Assembly: GCA_951406725.2 (NCBI GenBank)
Contig: OX597815.1
Span: 36,084,001 to 36,148,000, forward strand
Reading direction: 5' to 3'
Source of the DNA: Octopus vulgaris
Lineage: Eukaryota
Length of the DNA stretch: 64,000 bases
The position numbers and the translations under genes were made by a program. The notes beneath the pieces were generated by a model. The model had not been told where the DNA came from, made no database searches, and saw only the letters and a list, made by a program, of their open reading frames with translations. Positions 12,333 to 24,586 of this stretch are shown in pieces. The stretch's first letter is position 1, and each line of letters begins with the position of its first letter.

Positions 12333-15300
12333 ACATCATCCTTTAATGGCCATTTTCCATGCTGGCATGGGTTGGACGGTTTGACACAACTAGCCACCTG
12401 GGGAGCTTCCCAGGTTCCATTTGTCTATTTCAGCATGGCTGATTGCCCTTTCTAACGCCAACCACTTTACAAAGTGTACTGAATGCTTTTTACATGGCAC
12501 CAGCATGGGCTCTTTTATATGGCCCCAGCATGGACGTATAAACAACCGTGCAAGGTGAGGTGACAAGAATAGCTCCTTTAGTACATCGCACAGTACATAC
12601 AATAAATACAAAAAGAATAAATGCATATAAGTGCCAGAAGGAAAAGAGAGACACAACCAGATAGAATGTTTAAGAGAAGATTATATTTATATGTTAACAT
12701 GTGTGTATGCATCATATATACATAATAATAGACAGGCCGTCATGTATACAAAGTGTATGTGTGTGCATTAAGTACAGAACATTGAAAGAGTCTATAATAG
12801 GATGTTAGAAGAATCTTCAGACACAAGGATGATAAATACCAGTTCGTAGTCAAGGTACACAATAGTTGAAGTGCTGTAACAAGAAGTTGTGGCAGTAATG
12901 CAGAGCTGGTTGAGGCACATGTTATATAAGAAGTTGTGGCTACAATGCTACTGCTGGGGTCACTTGGTACAGGAGGCTCTCGCAGGTTGTATTTGCTGTT
13001 AACCAAGGGGAAGTAATTCACGAACAGTGTTGAGATAGGACCTGTGCGAGTGTTGCTGGTTGCTATGTACGTAGAGAGACAATGTTGACAACGTTAAGAA
13101 GATGAAGGCGATGAAGAAAGAGATTGCCGTATGCTGTTGGAAGAGTGTTGATAAGTCTCCATGTGGCTGCTATTGTGTTGTTGCTGGAACTAGCTGTGTC
13201 CTGTGTGGTCAGTGGCTAGACCTCAAAAGGTCTGGAACTGAAAGACTTCGAGATTGTGTGAAGCTAGTGTTTTATACTGTGCTGTCGGCTCACCAGAAGT
13301 TTGGAAGAGACTGTTTCACATGACCTTGTCAGAAGGCTGTGATTGATTGGGTTGGATATTGGTGCGCAATAGAGCAAGAGACAAACTGCGCCAATACCAG
13401 CCAATCAGAGTAGTGGATACAACAGGGTCCAAAAGGGTGGCCTATGGCTAGCTGCTATCTACTACGTCCGTATTTGTGTATATATAACAGAGAGAGAGGA
13501 ATTTCCCTCAAGTCGTATGCTACAGACGTTTCTATATGACACTGGCAGAGGCGCATTTACTTTGCACTGGAATGGGAGGCTTTTATGTGACACCAGCACA
13601 AGTGCTTTCTGTGTGACACCAGTCCTCACAAGCCCTCAAGGGAAGGACCTCTTGGCTGAGAGAGGAACATAGAGGGCATACTTGTACATATGGACAGCTA
13701 CAGTTTTACTTAGCTTGATGTATCTTCTCAAGCACAGCAAACTACCAGGAGTTGCATTTCCTTGTCATCTCCTCTGTGAGGCCCAACATCTGAAAACCTT
13801 TTCTTACTACTTCATTCCACATCTTCCCCCTCCAGAGGGTCCCTCCACAATTAGAGATTGGCACTTCTTTATGCAGCTATCCTCATCCATAAACATCACA
13901 TGGCCATACCAGCATAGTCTTCTCTCTTGAACACTACAACTGATATTTCTTATACTCAATTTTTCTCTTAATTCCAGTGTGCATGTAATGCACACTGACA
14001 TTACCCATCCAGTGGAACATACTGGCTTAATTTCTTTCAAGCCTTCACATATCCTCTGTAGTCATAGCCCATATTTCATTGCCATGTAGCTAGGCTGTAC
14101 ATACATAGGCATCATACAATCTGCCTTTCACTCTTAGGGAGAGGCCCTTTGCCACCAACAAAAGTAGTAATTCTCTAAAGTTTGTGCAGCCTGTACTTAA
14201 TCTATCAACTACTCTTTCAGAACTTCCTCCACCACTGCTGACTTGATTACTTAGGTAATGGAAGCTATCTACTACTTCTAAGAATCCCACTTGTAGTGGC
14301 TTCATGCAGGCATAGCGTGGATTTGATCTTCAATTGCCAAATTTCAATTAATAGTTCAACAGTAATTTTCTCACAGTAAAACAATAGTTTTTCTGTAAGT
14401 GACAGCAGTTACATTTGCCAGATGCCTTCGCTAAGCAGAATAATGTCTTTGCCACTTGACCCTTCTAACCTCTTCTAGGCCACTAAAAGCTAGAATAGAG
14501 ATAACAGACTGCCAACAAAATCTATTGTTCTCAACAATATGTCCATCTTTCTAACTAGTTTTGGATAGTTATAAATACTAGTAATTGGCAAGGCAAAATT
14601 AGTTAGAGTCATAGTCACAAGAAGGAGCCACTAATTACAAACAGCCAGAGGGAGAAAGGAGATTTCAACCAGCTAACTATGAGACACAACTTCCCTCAAC
14701 TCAATAACTTTCACTAACTCACTTTCTTTTCTCTGTAACATTACCATATCTCTCTATATATATTACTATGAGATCATATACACACATGCCAGCCAAAATG
14801 AACTCTTTTTACCTCGCATACTTTTCCATTTACAAGTTATACATACCAACCCAACGTGGTTTTGGATATATACAAAGTAACAGTAAATAAATATCTTTTT
14901 ACAACTTCAATCACTGAGCTTCCTCCACCTTGCATACTGGCAACCAACCAACACCTTAACAACCATTACAAATTGGTGACCCTCAACTGCAATGAAGAAC
15001 TAACTATTACAATTGGTAACCCTCAACCACAACTAAAAACATTACATTTACACACTAGATATTTGAGGAAGTCTGTTCTCAGTGCATTCTTAGTGTTTAT
15101 TGTAACATCTGCCACACACAAACACTACTTTTTGTTTACCTTCCCTTGATACCACTGCACCTCATGTGTCCATAACTTGCACTGGGTATACCGTATGGCA
15201 TTTCTACCAAAATCTTTCCTGCATATCAAACAGAGTCATCTCCCTGAAGGGGTTTGAGATTCGTCCATTTTCTGACATAATAAGACTTTGGCTTTGGCTA

Positions 15301-15560
15301 AATTAACTCTAATACCCTTAGATTCCAGACCTTCCTTCCACACTTGAAATTTTCTCTCTAGTTCAGGTAGTGATTCAGCTATAAGAACAAGGTCATCAGC
15401 ATAGAGGAGCTCCAAGGGTAACTAGTCTTCAGTTCCTCTTTTATGGTTTGGAGGACTATGATAAACAAGAGGGGGCTGAGAGCTGATCCTTGGTGAACTC
15501 CTACACTAAATTCATTGCTAGAATAATTGCCAACCTTCACTTTACTGATAGCATCCTTGT
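12333..15560 (-). mobile_element. Degenerate RTE-clade LINE 3' half, interrupted by a solo LTR (12537-13524) and another insert (about 14300-15170)
   Basis: GVHQGSALSPLLFIIVL, ELLYADDLVL, VDSFHYL, KGRLYDAYV and RRLCWYGHV motifs; 3' UTR ends ccatgccagcatggaaaa...(gat)n. Confidence 0.85.
12537..13524 (-). mobile_element. Solo LTR (988 bp), diverged relative of 47863-48896
   Basis: Collinear similarity throughout; 4-bp TSD GACG; ends TA(TG-derived)...CTACA. Confidence 0.8.
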
Positions 15561-16162
15561 ACATGCTCTCATCAACCATTCATCTATCCCTAGCTTCTGC
15601 ATTGACTAAGAAGAAAGGTATGCGAGGAGATGGATCATGGCCTGAAAGTTATGCTTTTACTGTTTTTGTCCTCAGCTTTCACTCCACCTCTATGGTGCTC
15701 TTCTGCCTCCAATTCTTTTCTTATCAAGCCACTCACACTCCATTTATTTTCTACTTACTCCCATCTCTAGAATGCTCTCCAGTTGTTTTTTTTCTCTTAC
15801 TGCTCTCACTGCGACCCTCTACATTTTCTCCTTCTCCCTGCAATAACACTCTTCTTCTCCACCTGCTTCTATGGTATCCTCCGGTCACTCTTTCACTCCC
15901 TTCTCTTGCTGCACTCACTCACTTCACCTCCACCCCAAGCCTTTTCTCACCACCTTCTCTCCACAATTCCTCAGCCATATGCTAGGGTTTTTAATATTTT
16001 TTTTATATATTTTATAATATTTTTAATGTTCTTTTATTTTTGTTTTGTTACAGAATAATAAGTGAAAGTAAGAATAAGACATATCTATAATAATACATAA
16101 AATTAACTGTTAACACACACACACACACACATACATATATTACATACGCGTGTGTATACATA

Positions 16163-17390
16163 CAGGGGGTTGGACAAAATAATGGAAACACCTTAAAATT
16201 TCAAACAAATTCATTTTAATATGGGGTAGGACCACCTTTGGCAGTAATTACAGCCTAAATGAGGTATGGACCCGTACAAAGTTTGAATTGTTTCCAAAGG
16301 AATTTTTGTCCATTCTTCAGCTAAAACAATCTCCAGTTCTTGTAGTGATGATGGTGGAGGATATCAACTTGTTTTTCTAAAAAGCACCATAAATGTTCAA
16401 TAATATTGAGATCTGGGGACTGTGGTGGCCAGATAAGATGTTCAACTTAACTAGAATGTTCCTCATGCCAATCAGTAACATCTTTAGCTATGTGAATTGG
16501 TGCATTATCATCCTGGAAGATTGTGTTTCCCTCCAGAAACAGTTCTGCAACAATAGAATGAATTTGATCAGATAAAATGCTTAAATAGTCTTGACTATTA
16601 ATTCTGCCATGAAGAAAAACCATTGGGCCGGCAGATTTCCAAGATATAGCCCCTCCCAGATAATCACAGATCCTCCTCCATGTTTAACAGTTGGAAGAAG
16701 TTAGTCTGAGTCAAATGCTTCTTTTCGCTGTTTCTACACGTATACTCGGCAGGTGGTCGGAAATAAGGTAAAGGATGACTCATCTGAGAAAATAACATTC
16801 TTCCACTGCTCTAGGGACCAATTCTGTAAGATTGTATTCTACTCTAAACACTTTGCAACGTTTGTTTTTGAAAGTAGTGGTTTTCTGATTGCAGCCCTCC
16901 GATTTTGTGCAACTTCCGGCGAACAGTTTTTGTGAAAACTGGGTTCTTGAGGTGGTCATTAAGCTCTGTAGTAATTTTGTGATCCTTTCTAACAATTCGC
17001 GTAAGAGTCTGATGGTCCTTATCTGAAAGTTTTGGTTTTCTTCCAGAGTTTTGTTTCAACAAGGAAGTTTTAACCTCTTTCTCAAAGGCTGTCATTATTT
17101 TCAAGACTGTACTTCTTGATACACCAAACATTTAGACTGTTTTCGTTCTGCTAGTGCCTGCCACACGATCACATACAATTTTTGAAAGTCCAATAGATCT
17201 GTCATTTTAATGGAATTTAATTACCTTTTTCTGATGATATCTGGAAAGAAACAGCAATTTTAGCAAAACATATTAAGAAACACTAATAATAAATTTTAAA
17301 AAAAACATCAAAATAAACAAGCTTTTGATGGTTTTATAGATATTTTAAAATTATGATGCTAGGTGTTTCCATCATTTTGTCCAACCCCTG
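16163..17390 (-). mobile_element. Tc1-family transposon (1.23 kb) with a decayed transposase
   Basis: TIR CAGGGG(G)TTGGACAAAAT(A/G)ATGGAAACACC, TA TSD; minus-strand fragments FGVSRSTV, SGRKPKLS, FQDDNAPIH and WPPQSPDLNIIE. Confidence 0.92.
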
Positions 17391-17596
17391 TACATACATG
17401 CACGAACGCTATATACACATGCATGCACACATACATACATGATTGCCTCATCTTGTCTCTCCTTTAGCCCGATTGTTCTGATATACTTTCATCCTTACAT
17501 GTGGGTGAATGTGACTTTTCACCACACATCAATCGCCACAGAACCTTATAAAATACTAAACGGATGAAGAAATGAAAAGATAGTGAGATATCTGTA

Positions 17597-17633
17597 GGAT
17601 CTTTTCGGTTTGAATGGCAGACCGAATAGATCC
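17597..17633. mobile_element. 37-bp minimal derivative of the GGATC-TIR MITE
   Basis: GGATCTTTTCGGTTTG-aatgg-CAGACCGAATAGATCC flanked by an atctgta direct repeat. Confidence 0.8.
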
Positions 17634-18110
17634 CATCTGTATGTCACTGGATTCAAGTCGAAAAAGCTTGAACAATACTTTTGCCAATCTCTCGGTCGTC
17701 ACAGAAGGTTCCAGGAGCAAGCATTGCAAGAGGGCAGGTGCGATTTTGACTGCAAGTTTTATGTATGTTTCACCTAGAAGAGCTGCCTCTCCGGCGGCTT
17801 TGTCATAAACAATGGGAGCTTCGTCTACCTTCGGAAAATCTACTTAACTTATAGATGAGGTTCTGGCGGCTATTACTCAAGAAATGACCGTAACTAAGGG
17901 GTGACGCCACGCTCCTCACAACTCCAGAACTCTCTAACTGGAATCTTACCACCGAATACAGGTTAATTTTATACCCGGGGTATACACACATCGTTACATA
18001 TATACGCACATATACTTATGTATATTTGTGCACTCGTGTGTGTTGTGTGTGTGTGTATTTGTGAGTGCGAGCGTGCATGCGTTCACGCATCTCTAATGGT
18101 ATCACTTGGT

Positions 18111-18374
18111 AGGGCGGCGAGCTGGCAGAAACGTTAGCACGCCGGGCGAAATGCGTAGCCGTATTTCGTCTGCCGTTACGTTCTGAATTCAAATCCCGCC
18201 GTGGTCGACTTTGCCTTTCATCCTTTCGGTGTCGATAAATTAAGTACCACTTAAATTAAGTATCGGTGTCGATAAATTAAGTACTGGGGGTCGATGTAAT
18301 CGACTTAATCCGTTTGTCTGTCCTTGTTTGTCCCCTCTGTGTTTAGCCCCTTGTGGGTAGTAAAGAAATATATA
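18111..18374 (+). mobile_element. tRNA-derived SINE, family B (Nin/Deu-like core, Tx1-like tail)
   Basis: B-box-like gttctgaattcaaatcc; core tttcatcctttcggtgtcgataaattaagtacc; tail ...gtagtaaagaaata; 17-bp TSD taat(g/t)gtatcacttggt at 18094-18110 and 18375-18391. Confidence 0.88.
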
Positions 18375-18597
18375 TAATTGTATCACTTGGTTTAAAAGCA
18401 CAAAATAAACTGCTAATGAAACGTTAATAAGTGTCTTTCATGTGGTCATTTACGAAAATAAATGGAAAATAAAGGCCACGCTTACACAGCACATTCCCGC
18501 ATATTTAACCACTTACAATTTTTATTTATAGAAAGTAAAATTATACTCTTTCAAATAATGTAAGTTTAAGCTCGAAAATTTGAACTAGCAGTACTTA

Positions 18598-18988
18598 TCT
18601 ATATATATAAAGCTGAAGTTGTCTGTGTATGACAGGTTTGGTAACCTTCAACTAACACTATCTCCTCCGAGACCCTGCGGCACAAGTTGACCAAAATTGA
18701 GAGTATGATAGAAGAAGGCTTGCTCTTCCTTCCGTAGAAGAAAAATTTCAAATCGGACCATGTTAACACAAAAAAATTATTTACACCAAAAAGGCGCTTT
18801 TTTTCTATGAAAATCCCTATTTTTTACGATTTTTTTACTGCTGTGTCACAATTTTTCGGTGTATTTCAACCAGAAAAATGTTCACTTAAAGAGAATAACA
18901 AGCTACATAATGCAAAATTTCTACTTTTCAAAAATTCCAATTCTAAAGGGTCGAAACAAACCCGAGCAACGCCGGGCGATACTGCTAG
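18598..18988 (+). mobile_element. Non-autonomous Helitron (391 bp)
   Basis: Inserted at A|T; 5' TCTATATATATAAAG; subterminal hairpin CCCG(A)GC-AAC-GCCGGG at 18961-18976; 3' CTAG. Confidence 0.85.
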
Positions 18989-19241
18989 TGGATAATAAAA
19001 GACCGCAAATGTGAACCACTCTTATAATTGAAGTTTTTAGAATAAGTTGATTGGTTCGTTTACTTTTTATGTAAGGGAGAGAAGCACGTGGGCATTGTTT
19101 ATGTTTATTACAGAAGACAGAATGCATAAATACATGTCATATACATTCTCATGTACTTAATATTTTATGATCTTTTACTTCTATTTTAGGAAAGCAGACG
19201 GTTAATGACAAATTCATTATATCATCCAATGATCCGTTTTG

Positions 19242-20258
19242 ATGGGTAAACGCAAAAGCTTATCATCAGAAACACGATCGAGAATTGTCCAACTGCATAG
19301 GCTGAAGTGGACTTTTAGAGCCATAGCTGCTGATGTTGGGTGCTCTGTGACTGCTGCTCATCATGCTGTGGACATCTTCAATGAAACTGGTGGCTATTCT
19401 GATCGTCCTCGGCCAGGGCAACCTCGGAAAACCACGGAACGGATGGACCGGTACATTCACCGTTTATCGACAACGGACAAGAAAATGACTGCTGTTGACA
19501 TTTTGAAAAACGTTCGACAGAAATATCAGAAGCAGATTTGTATCACAACCATAAAAAACAGACTAAAGCAGTTTGGACTTGTGGGGCGTGTTGCTCAGAG
19601 AAAAACTTATATTTCCCTGAAAAACCGATGTGCCCGCATTCAGTTCGCCCAGGAACACAAGAACTGGACATCCTCGGACTGGTCAAAGATCTTATGGTCA
19701 GGTGAGTCGAAATTTAATTTGTCCAGCTCTGACGGCCGAGTGTACATCCGACATCGTACAGGGGATGAATCAGAGTGTATGAATCCGACAGCTAAATACG
19801 CAGATGACAGTGTCGTGGTTTGGGGTTGCATGTCAGGAAAAGGAGTCGGTCCCATTCATCAAATCAAGGGCATCATGAACAGTACGGCCTATGTGGAGAT
19901 CTTAGATAAGGCTATGCTTCCATATGCCAAAAGTCATTTAGAACGGTCGTGGATTTTTCAGTATGACAACATACCTAAGCATGCTGTAAGAACAATCAAG
20001 GAATTCACAAAAAGCAAGAAAATGCAGGTGCTACAGTTACCAGCACAATCACCAGATTTAAATCCAATTGAAAATTTATGGAAACGGGTCAATATGAGCA
20101 TTCAACAAAAGCAGTCTTGGACATCGACTGAATTGTATGATTATATAGTAAAAAAATGGCAAGAAATTCCAGATAATGTGATAATTAATCTTATTGATTC
20201 AATGCCTCGTAGATGTGATTCTGTTTTGAGAAATTTTGGATACTTGACCAAATATTAG
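19242..20258 (+). CDS. Tc1-like transposase, intact 338-aa ORF; DD34E triad with first Asp replaced (WSGESKF)
   Basis: N-terminal HTH region, GQPR (GRPR-like), VVVWG, QYDN, SPDLNPIENLW and SMPRR motifs; 34 residues between the second D and the E. Confidence 0.9.
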   Translation: MGKRKSLSSETRSRIVQLHRLKWTFRAIAADVGCSVTAAHHAVDIFNETGGYSDRPRPGQPRKTTERMDRYIHRLSTTDKKMTAVDILKNVRQKYQKQICITTIKNRLKQFGLVGRVAQRKTYISLKNRCARIQFAQEHKNWTSSDWSKILWSGESKFNLSSSDGRVYIRHRTGDESECMNPTAKYADDSVVVWGCMSGKGVGPIHQIKGIMNSTAYVEILDKAMLPYAKSHLERSWIFQYDNIPKHAVRTIKEFTKSKKMQVLQLPAQSPDLNPIENLWKRVNMSIQQKQSWTSTELYDYIVKKWQEIPDNVIINLIDSMPRRCDSVLRNFGYLTKY

Positions 20259-20847
20259 TGTTATATGTTTTTATTCTTCTTTAAAGCACACATTCCATTT
20301 TCATTAAAAAAATTGTTTTAAATGTTCTCACATTAAGTGATACTCATTTGTGTGGCGTTATTAATGCTGTCAGTAATTTGTATTTTGGGGCTTAAACTAT
20401 CATTTAAAGGAGTAAAATATTGTTTCTCTTCATATATGGTAAGTGGTTTAATAGAGATAATGTTTCATCATCAGTATGCCCTTGTCTTTAAATTAAGCGA
20501 TACCACTCATTCTGTGTGAGTGTGCATATATATAAATAAATTTAAATAATGAGGGTGATAAATTGAATATTAATTTAATGAACATCAATTTAAAACCAAT
20601 AACCTAGCATATAGAAAAATCTGAAAATTCAGAAAAAGTGTAATACATGCGTATTATACGCATGTATATACATATAAATCTTTTCATCATACGAGTACCT
20701 TTTTATCATCCCACACTCTACAAATACATACTTTCTTCCTATCCTTTTCACTTTCCTGCCTTTCTACATTTACAACTTCCCCTATCTACCAAAACCTAAT
20801 CATTCACATTACTCCAGTCACCAGCCAAAAAAGAACCAAAGTAAATC

Positions 20848-20890
20848 ACAGTCTGATGAAGGTAAGCAAGCTGAAACTTCAAATCACTGT
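20848..20890 (+). ncRNA. Minimal type I hammerhead ribozyme motif (Penelope-type), stem III mutated
   Basis: acagt-CTGATGA-ag...ct-GAAA-cttcaaa-TC-actgt; stem I acagt/actgt. Confidence 0.65.
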
Positions 20891-21204
20891 CAACATTTTC
20901 CCTGTAAAAGTTAATGAATATGTGTGCCACTAAAATGTATTAAGTAAATCCTTCAGTTTAATTCTAAATTGTTTTTATATATAACTTGACATGAAAGCAA
21001 GTATTAACATATGTGTGTGTGCATGCACTGCTCAAGAGTTGAAAATCTCTATGTTCTAATCTTTATCTAATTCACATATGACTTGACACGCTGATTGTAT
21101 TGACCAAGCAATGATGTTAAGGTTTCTTAAACATGAGAGGAGAAATTGTTTTACAGAAAATGTGGAATTCTTTGTGGTTTTTAAAGGGTAAAATAAGAAA
21201 AATT

Positions 21205-22345
21205 ACTCTCATGGAATGTGAACAAATGAGGTTTATTTTTTAGCATAGACCCCTTGCAGTCCATATACTTCCATCAGTGTTTGGATCCCTTTGGTGAAGC
21301 TTTCATCCTGTTCATCAAAAAAGTCATCATCACTGTGATACTGGTTCCCAGTGCTTTTTCATGTTGGGGAGCAGATAATAAACAAATAGGGCCAAATCTG
21401 GAGAACAGGGAGAAATATTTGCCTCAGTCATGCACTAAGGACTTGTGTGCTAGAGCATTGTTCCGACTAAGGACTTGTGTGCTAGAGGATTGTTCCAACA
21501 AAACAAGACCCCTTTCACCAGTTTTCCTGGATGTTTGATTTTGAGAGCCTTTTGTAACTGCCTCAGCAAGTTGGCATAATACTCTCCATTGATGGTGTGG
21601 CCCTTTTGAATATAGTCAGTAAACGCTATGCCCTTTGATCCCCAAAAAACTGAGGCCATCATCTTCCCTACGGAAGAAACAACCTTGGCCTTCTTTGGAG
21701 CAGGTAAGAAGGGGTGTTTCCACTGCATGGATTGTCTCTCACTCAAAATGATGAAGCCAACACTCAACCTGAATTGGGAAATGTTCAAGGAAACCAACTG
21801 GATCTGCCTCAGTGTCCGATTTTCCCGTGATGTGATCAGCCTAACGTGCTCTGGATCAGGTGTCATAAGATGTGGCACACAACAAGCACAAACCTTTGTC
21901 ATACCAAGTTCATTTTGCAGGATATTCTCAACTCTCTCATGGGATATGCTAATATCATTGACTATTTGGTTTATAGTCAATCACCTGTCATCCATCACCA
22001 TGTGATGTCCAGACCTTGGATCATCTTCAGGACTTTCTTTTCCCTACCTAAATTCAGCTGCCCACTCTTCCACAGTTGATAAAGCTGGAGCATCATCCCC
22101 TAATATAGTAACCATGTCAGCATGAATGTTCTTGTGGGCTAAACTCTTTCTCTGTAGGTAGTTGATACCACAATGCCAAATTTCTTGATAAGTCACTAAT
22201 TACTTCTGAAGTCTTCTTTGAACAGTCAGTAATGGAAAGGAACAATGCAGTTATTAATGAGAGTTGAAATTAATGCATGCAAGATTTCACAGCTCTAGCA
22301 TTACTCCTTTATAGTCAGCCTATGAACTTTACAGCTGCTGTCCAT
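21205..22345 (-). mobile_element. Mariner-family transposon, decayed (same family)
   Basis: MASVFWGSKG and TINGEYYANLL motifs; homologous to 6607-7882. Confidence 0.88.
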
Positions 22346-23497
22346 TTTATTTTTCTGGTAGTACACCCCCAGATTACATAATCCGATAGATTTGCTTTTT
22401 CTTTTTAAATAGATTTTACATGAGATTTTTCTTTTCAAGCCCATTTCTCCTTATGTTAGACCCTACAGATGGTCACATTTGACATGTGAAATGATTAGTG
22501 GAATGTATTTAAAATAGACTGGATGGTCATGTTTGGAATGCATTTAAACAGGATAGACACTACATTTAGAATAACCTTACCAAGGTGCATCTCTGCAAGC
22601 ATTTGTGCACACACAACTGTGTATGTGTGAATCTGTACATGCACAAGACTCAAACTGATTATTTTCAATATTTCAGAACTTGCTTATTCCCATCTCCACA
22701 TTCCATTGCTTTTCCTTTGTCGTCTTGAGGTTGTGTTCTGGTGTCTTGTCACCACTGCATTTACCTCCTTGTGACACCATTCCAACCACTGCCACTCAGT
22801 TACTCTGTATCACTCCATAACATATCTGTCACAACTCTTTCCATCATACTTTAATCTCTCAACACCTTGCTTAAAGTGAGCAATTAATCTTCTATTCGCC
22901 TTCTCAGGTTCTTTAGTCTCATGAGTGACAAGGCACCCTCACAAGTGCTAGTGCCACAAGAAAAAGAATCATTTGAGACTCAGTAAAATGGTTGCTATGA
23001 AAAAGGGCATCCAGCAAAACATTGTCCTCTAGCCCATTGGATCCTAACTGTCCAACCCATATTAACATAGAAAGTGAATGTAAAAATGATGATGAAAGTT
23101 AATATAAAAAATGACACTACTGAAAGGTGCTGACTGATCCTTCAATTCTATATTTAGGTATATACATAAAAGCAAACATTAATATATGTGTATTTAAGCA
23201 AACTTATAATGTCACTATAAAGCTGCTAGAAATAGCAGCCAAATCTCTATTCACACTTGAAAACAAACAATTTAATCATGGGTTCCATACACAAAGAAAA
23301 GATGGGATGCTTATGGTTGGAGCATCTCAGACAATCTTTGTTATTTATATCTAAATACAAATAAACTAGAAATGAAACCATTACTCTTGTTAATTTTTCT
23401 TTATTAATATACTATTCTGTACACTATCAAGAACCCTTTAATATGAAGTTGCCCCAATGACTGAAGCTAGTCCTCTAATGGTGGACATATATATATA

Positions 23498-23687
23498 GGG
23501 AGAGTTTACGAAAAAAAAAACAAAAGACGAAGACAAGTGGTTTACAAAACAAACAGATGTATTAGTATAATGCTCAGGAATAGAAAAAGTCTTTTACGTT
23601 TTGAGCCTATGCTCTTCTACAAAAAGGGACACAGAAAAAACAAGGAGAGAAAAAAAATGTGTAGTGGCTAACGATCTATCATGGCGA
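23498..23687 (-). mobile_element. Probable Penelope-like terminal repeat fragment with a degenerate hammerhead-like motif (related end at 53590-53643)
   Basis: Minus strand gtagaagagcataggctcaaaacgtaaaagac; shared end gggagagtttac.aaaaaaacaaaa next to (TA)n. Confidence 0.4.
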
Positions 23688-24290
23688 CTGACTTCAGACA
23701 GAATGGTTTTAAGCAGTGTCAAGTTTTACAATTCTGTAAATAATAATGGTATTTTTTATAAGCTTAAAGTGATCACTGTGCAAATGACTAAAGAAAATAG
23801 TCTAATAATGGGGCACAGAAGTCCTTGACAGAAAAAGTAAGCTTTCCCATATGCATAGGACTCAATCCAAAGTCCCTTTGTTAACACGACTGTTCCTTTA
23901 GACCAGCCAGAGACTACATCTCCCTAGTACATTGCCTTTAGCATGATTAGATGCTCTTCCTAACATCAACCATACTACCGTCTACTAGTGCATTTGACTA
24001 TTTTACTAGTATTGAGGCTGTCATATCCTTGGCAAAATTGAAGGGCTCTTTCAATTCTATGGTGCCTGTTTCTTATCCAATATATATCTACTTTATAGCA
24101 TAATTTGAAGTTTAAACATACCTTAGATTAACTAGAAATAAATTGAAGCTAACTGCACAAATTTGTTTCATCATTACAACAGAGTAATTAACATTTTACT
24201 CAGCATCAATGAGTACTTTCCTACAAGTTGGACTATATGTATCAAATCTCAATAAACTCGAAAAAAAGTGAACAGTACAAAAGGCATTGT

Positions 24291-24306
24291 TTTATTAAGT
24301 TTTATT
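24291..24306 (-). terminator. Tandem AATAAA polyadenylation signals of eIF3g
   Basis: tttatt at 24291-24296 and 24301-24306, about 130 nt past the stop codon. Confidence 0.6.
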
Positions 24307-24433
24307 AATGTTTCACATGTCAGCTGCAGCTGACTGTTGTGGGTACTATTTAATGCAATAAAATGTTTAGGCAGCATCATCAAGAGAACACCTAAAATGT
24401 GTGGGAGTCATCAACTTCTACAACACACAGCTA

Positions 24434-24452
24434 TCAAGATGTTACAGACGGC
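24434..24452 (-). CDS. EIF3G: eIF3g last coding exon (K-PSVTS-stop); total CDS 873 nt, 290 aa
   Basis: ttgcAG acceptor, then G CCG TCT GTA ACA TCT TGA TAG. The nine exon lengths sum to 291 codons. Confidence 0.9.
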
Positions 24453-24586
24453 CTGCAAAGAAGAAAACATCAAATTTAAAAAGACAAATATTTTTTGTAC
24501 AACATAAACAGAGTATGAATGAAAAGAGAAGAAATTTCCAGAGAGAAAGAGAGAAAGGGACTAGAAAAAGTCATGGTTGAACTTAC

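Larger units (their letters stand above)
18076..20524 (+). mobile_element. Old Tc1-family element with long degenerate IR/DR-type TIRs; left TIR interrupted by a SINE and a Helitron
   Basis: Left blocks gtatcacttggtttaaa, actgctaatgaaacgtta, taaccacttacaa and tactctttcaaataatgtaagtttaagctc align with the reverse complement of 20335-20524 (gtatcgcttaatttaaa, actgatgatgaaacatta, aaaccacttacca, tactcctttaaatgatagtttaagccc). Ends approximate. Confidence 0.7.
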
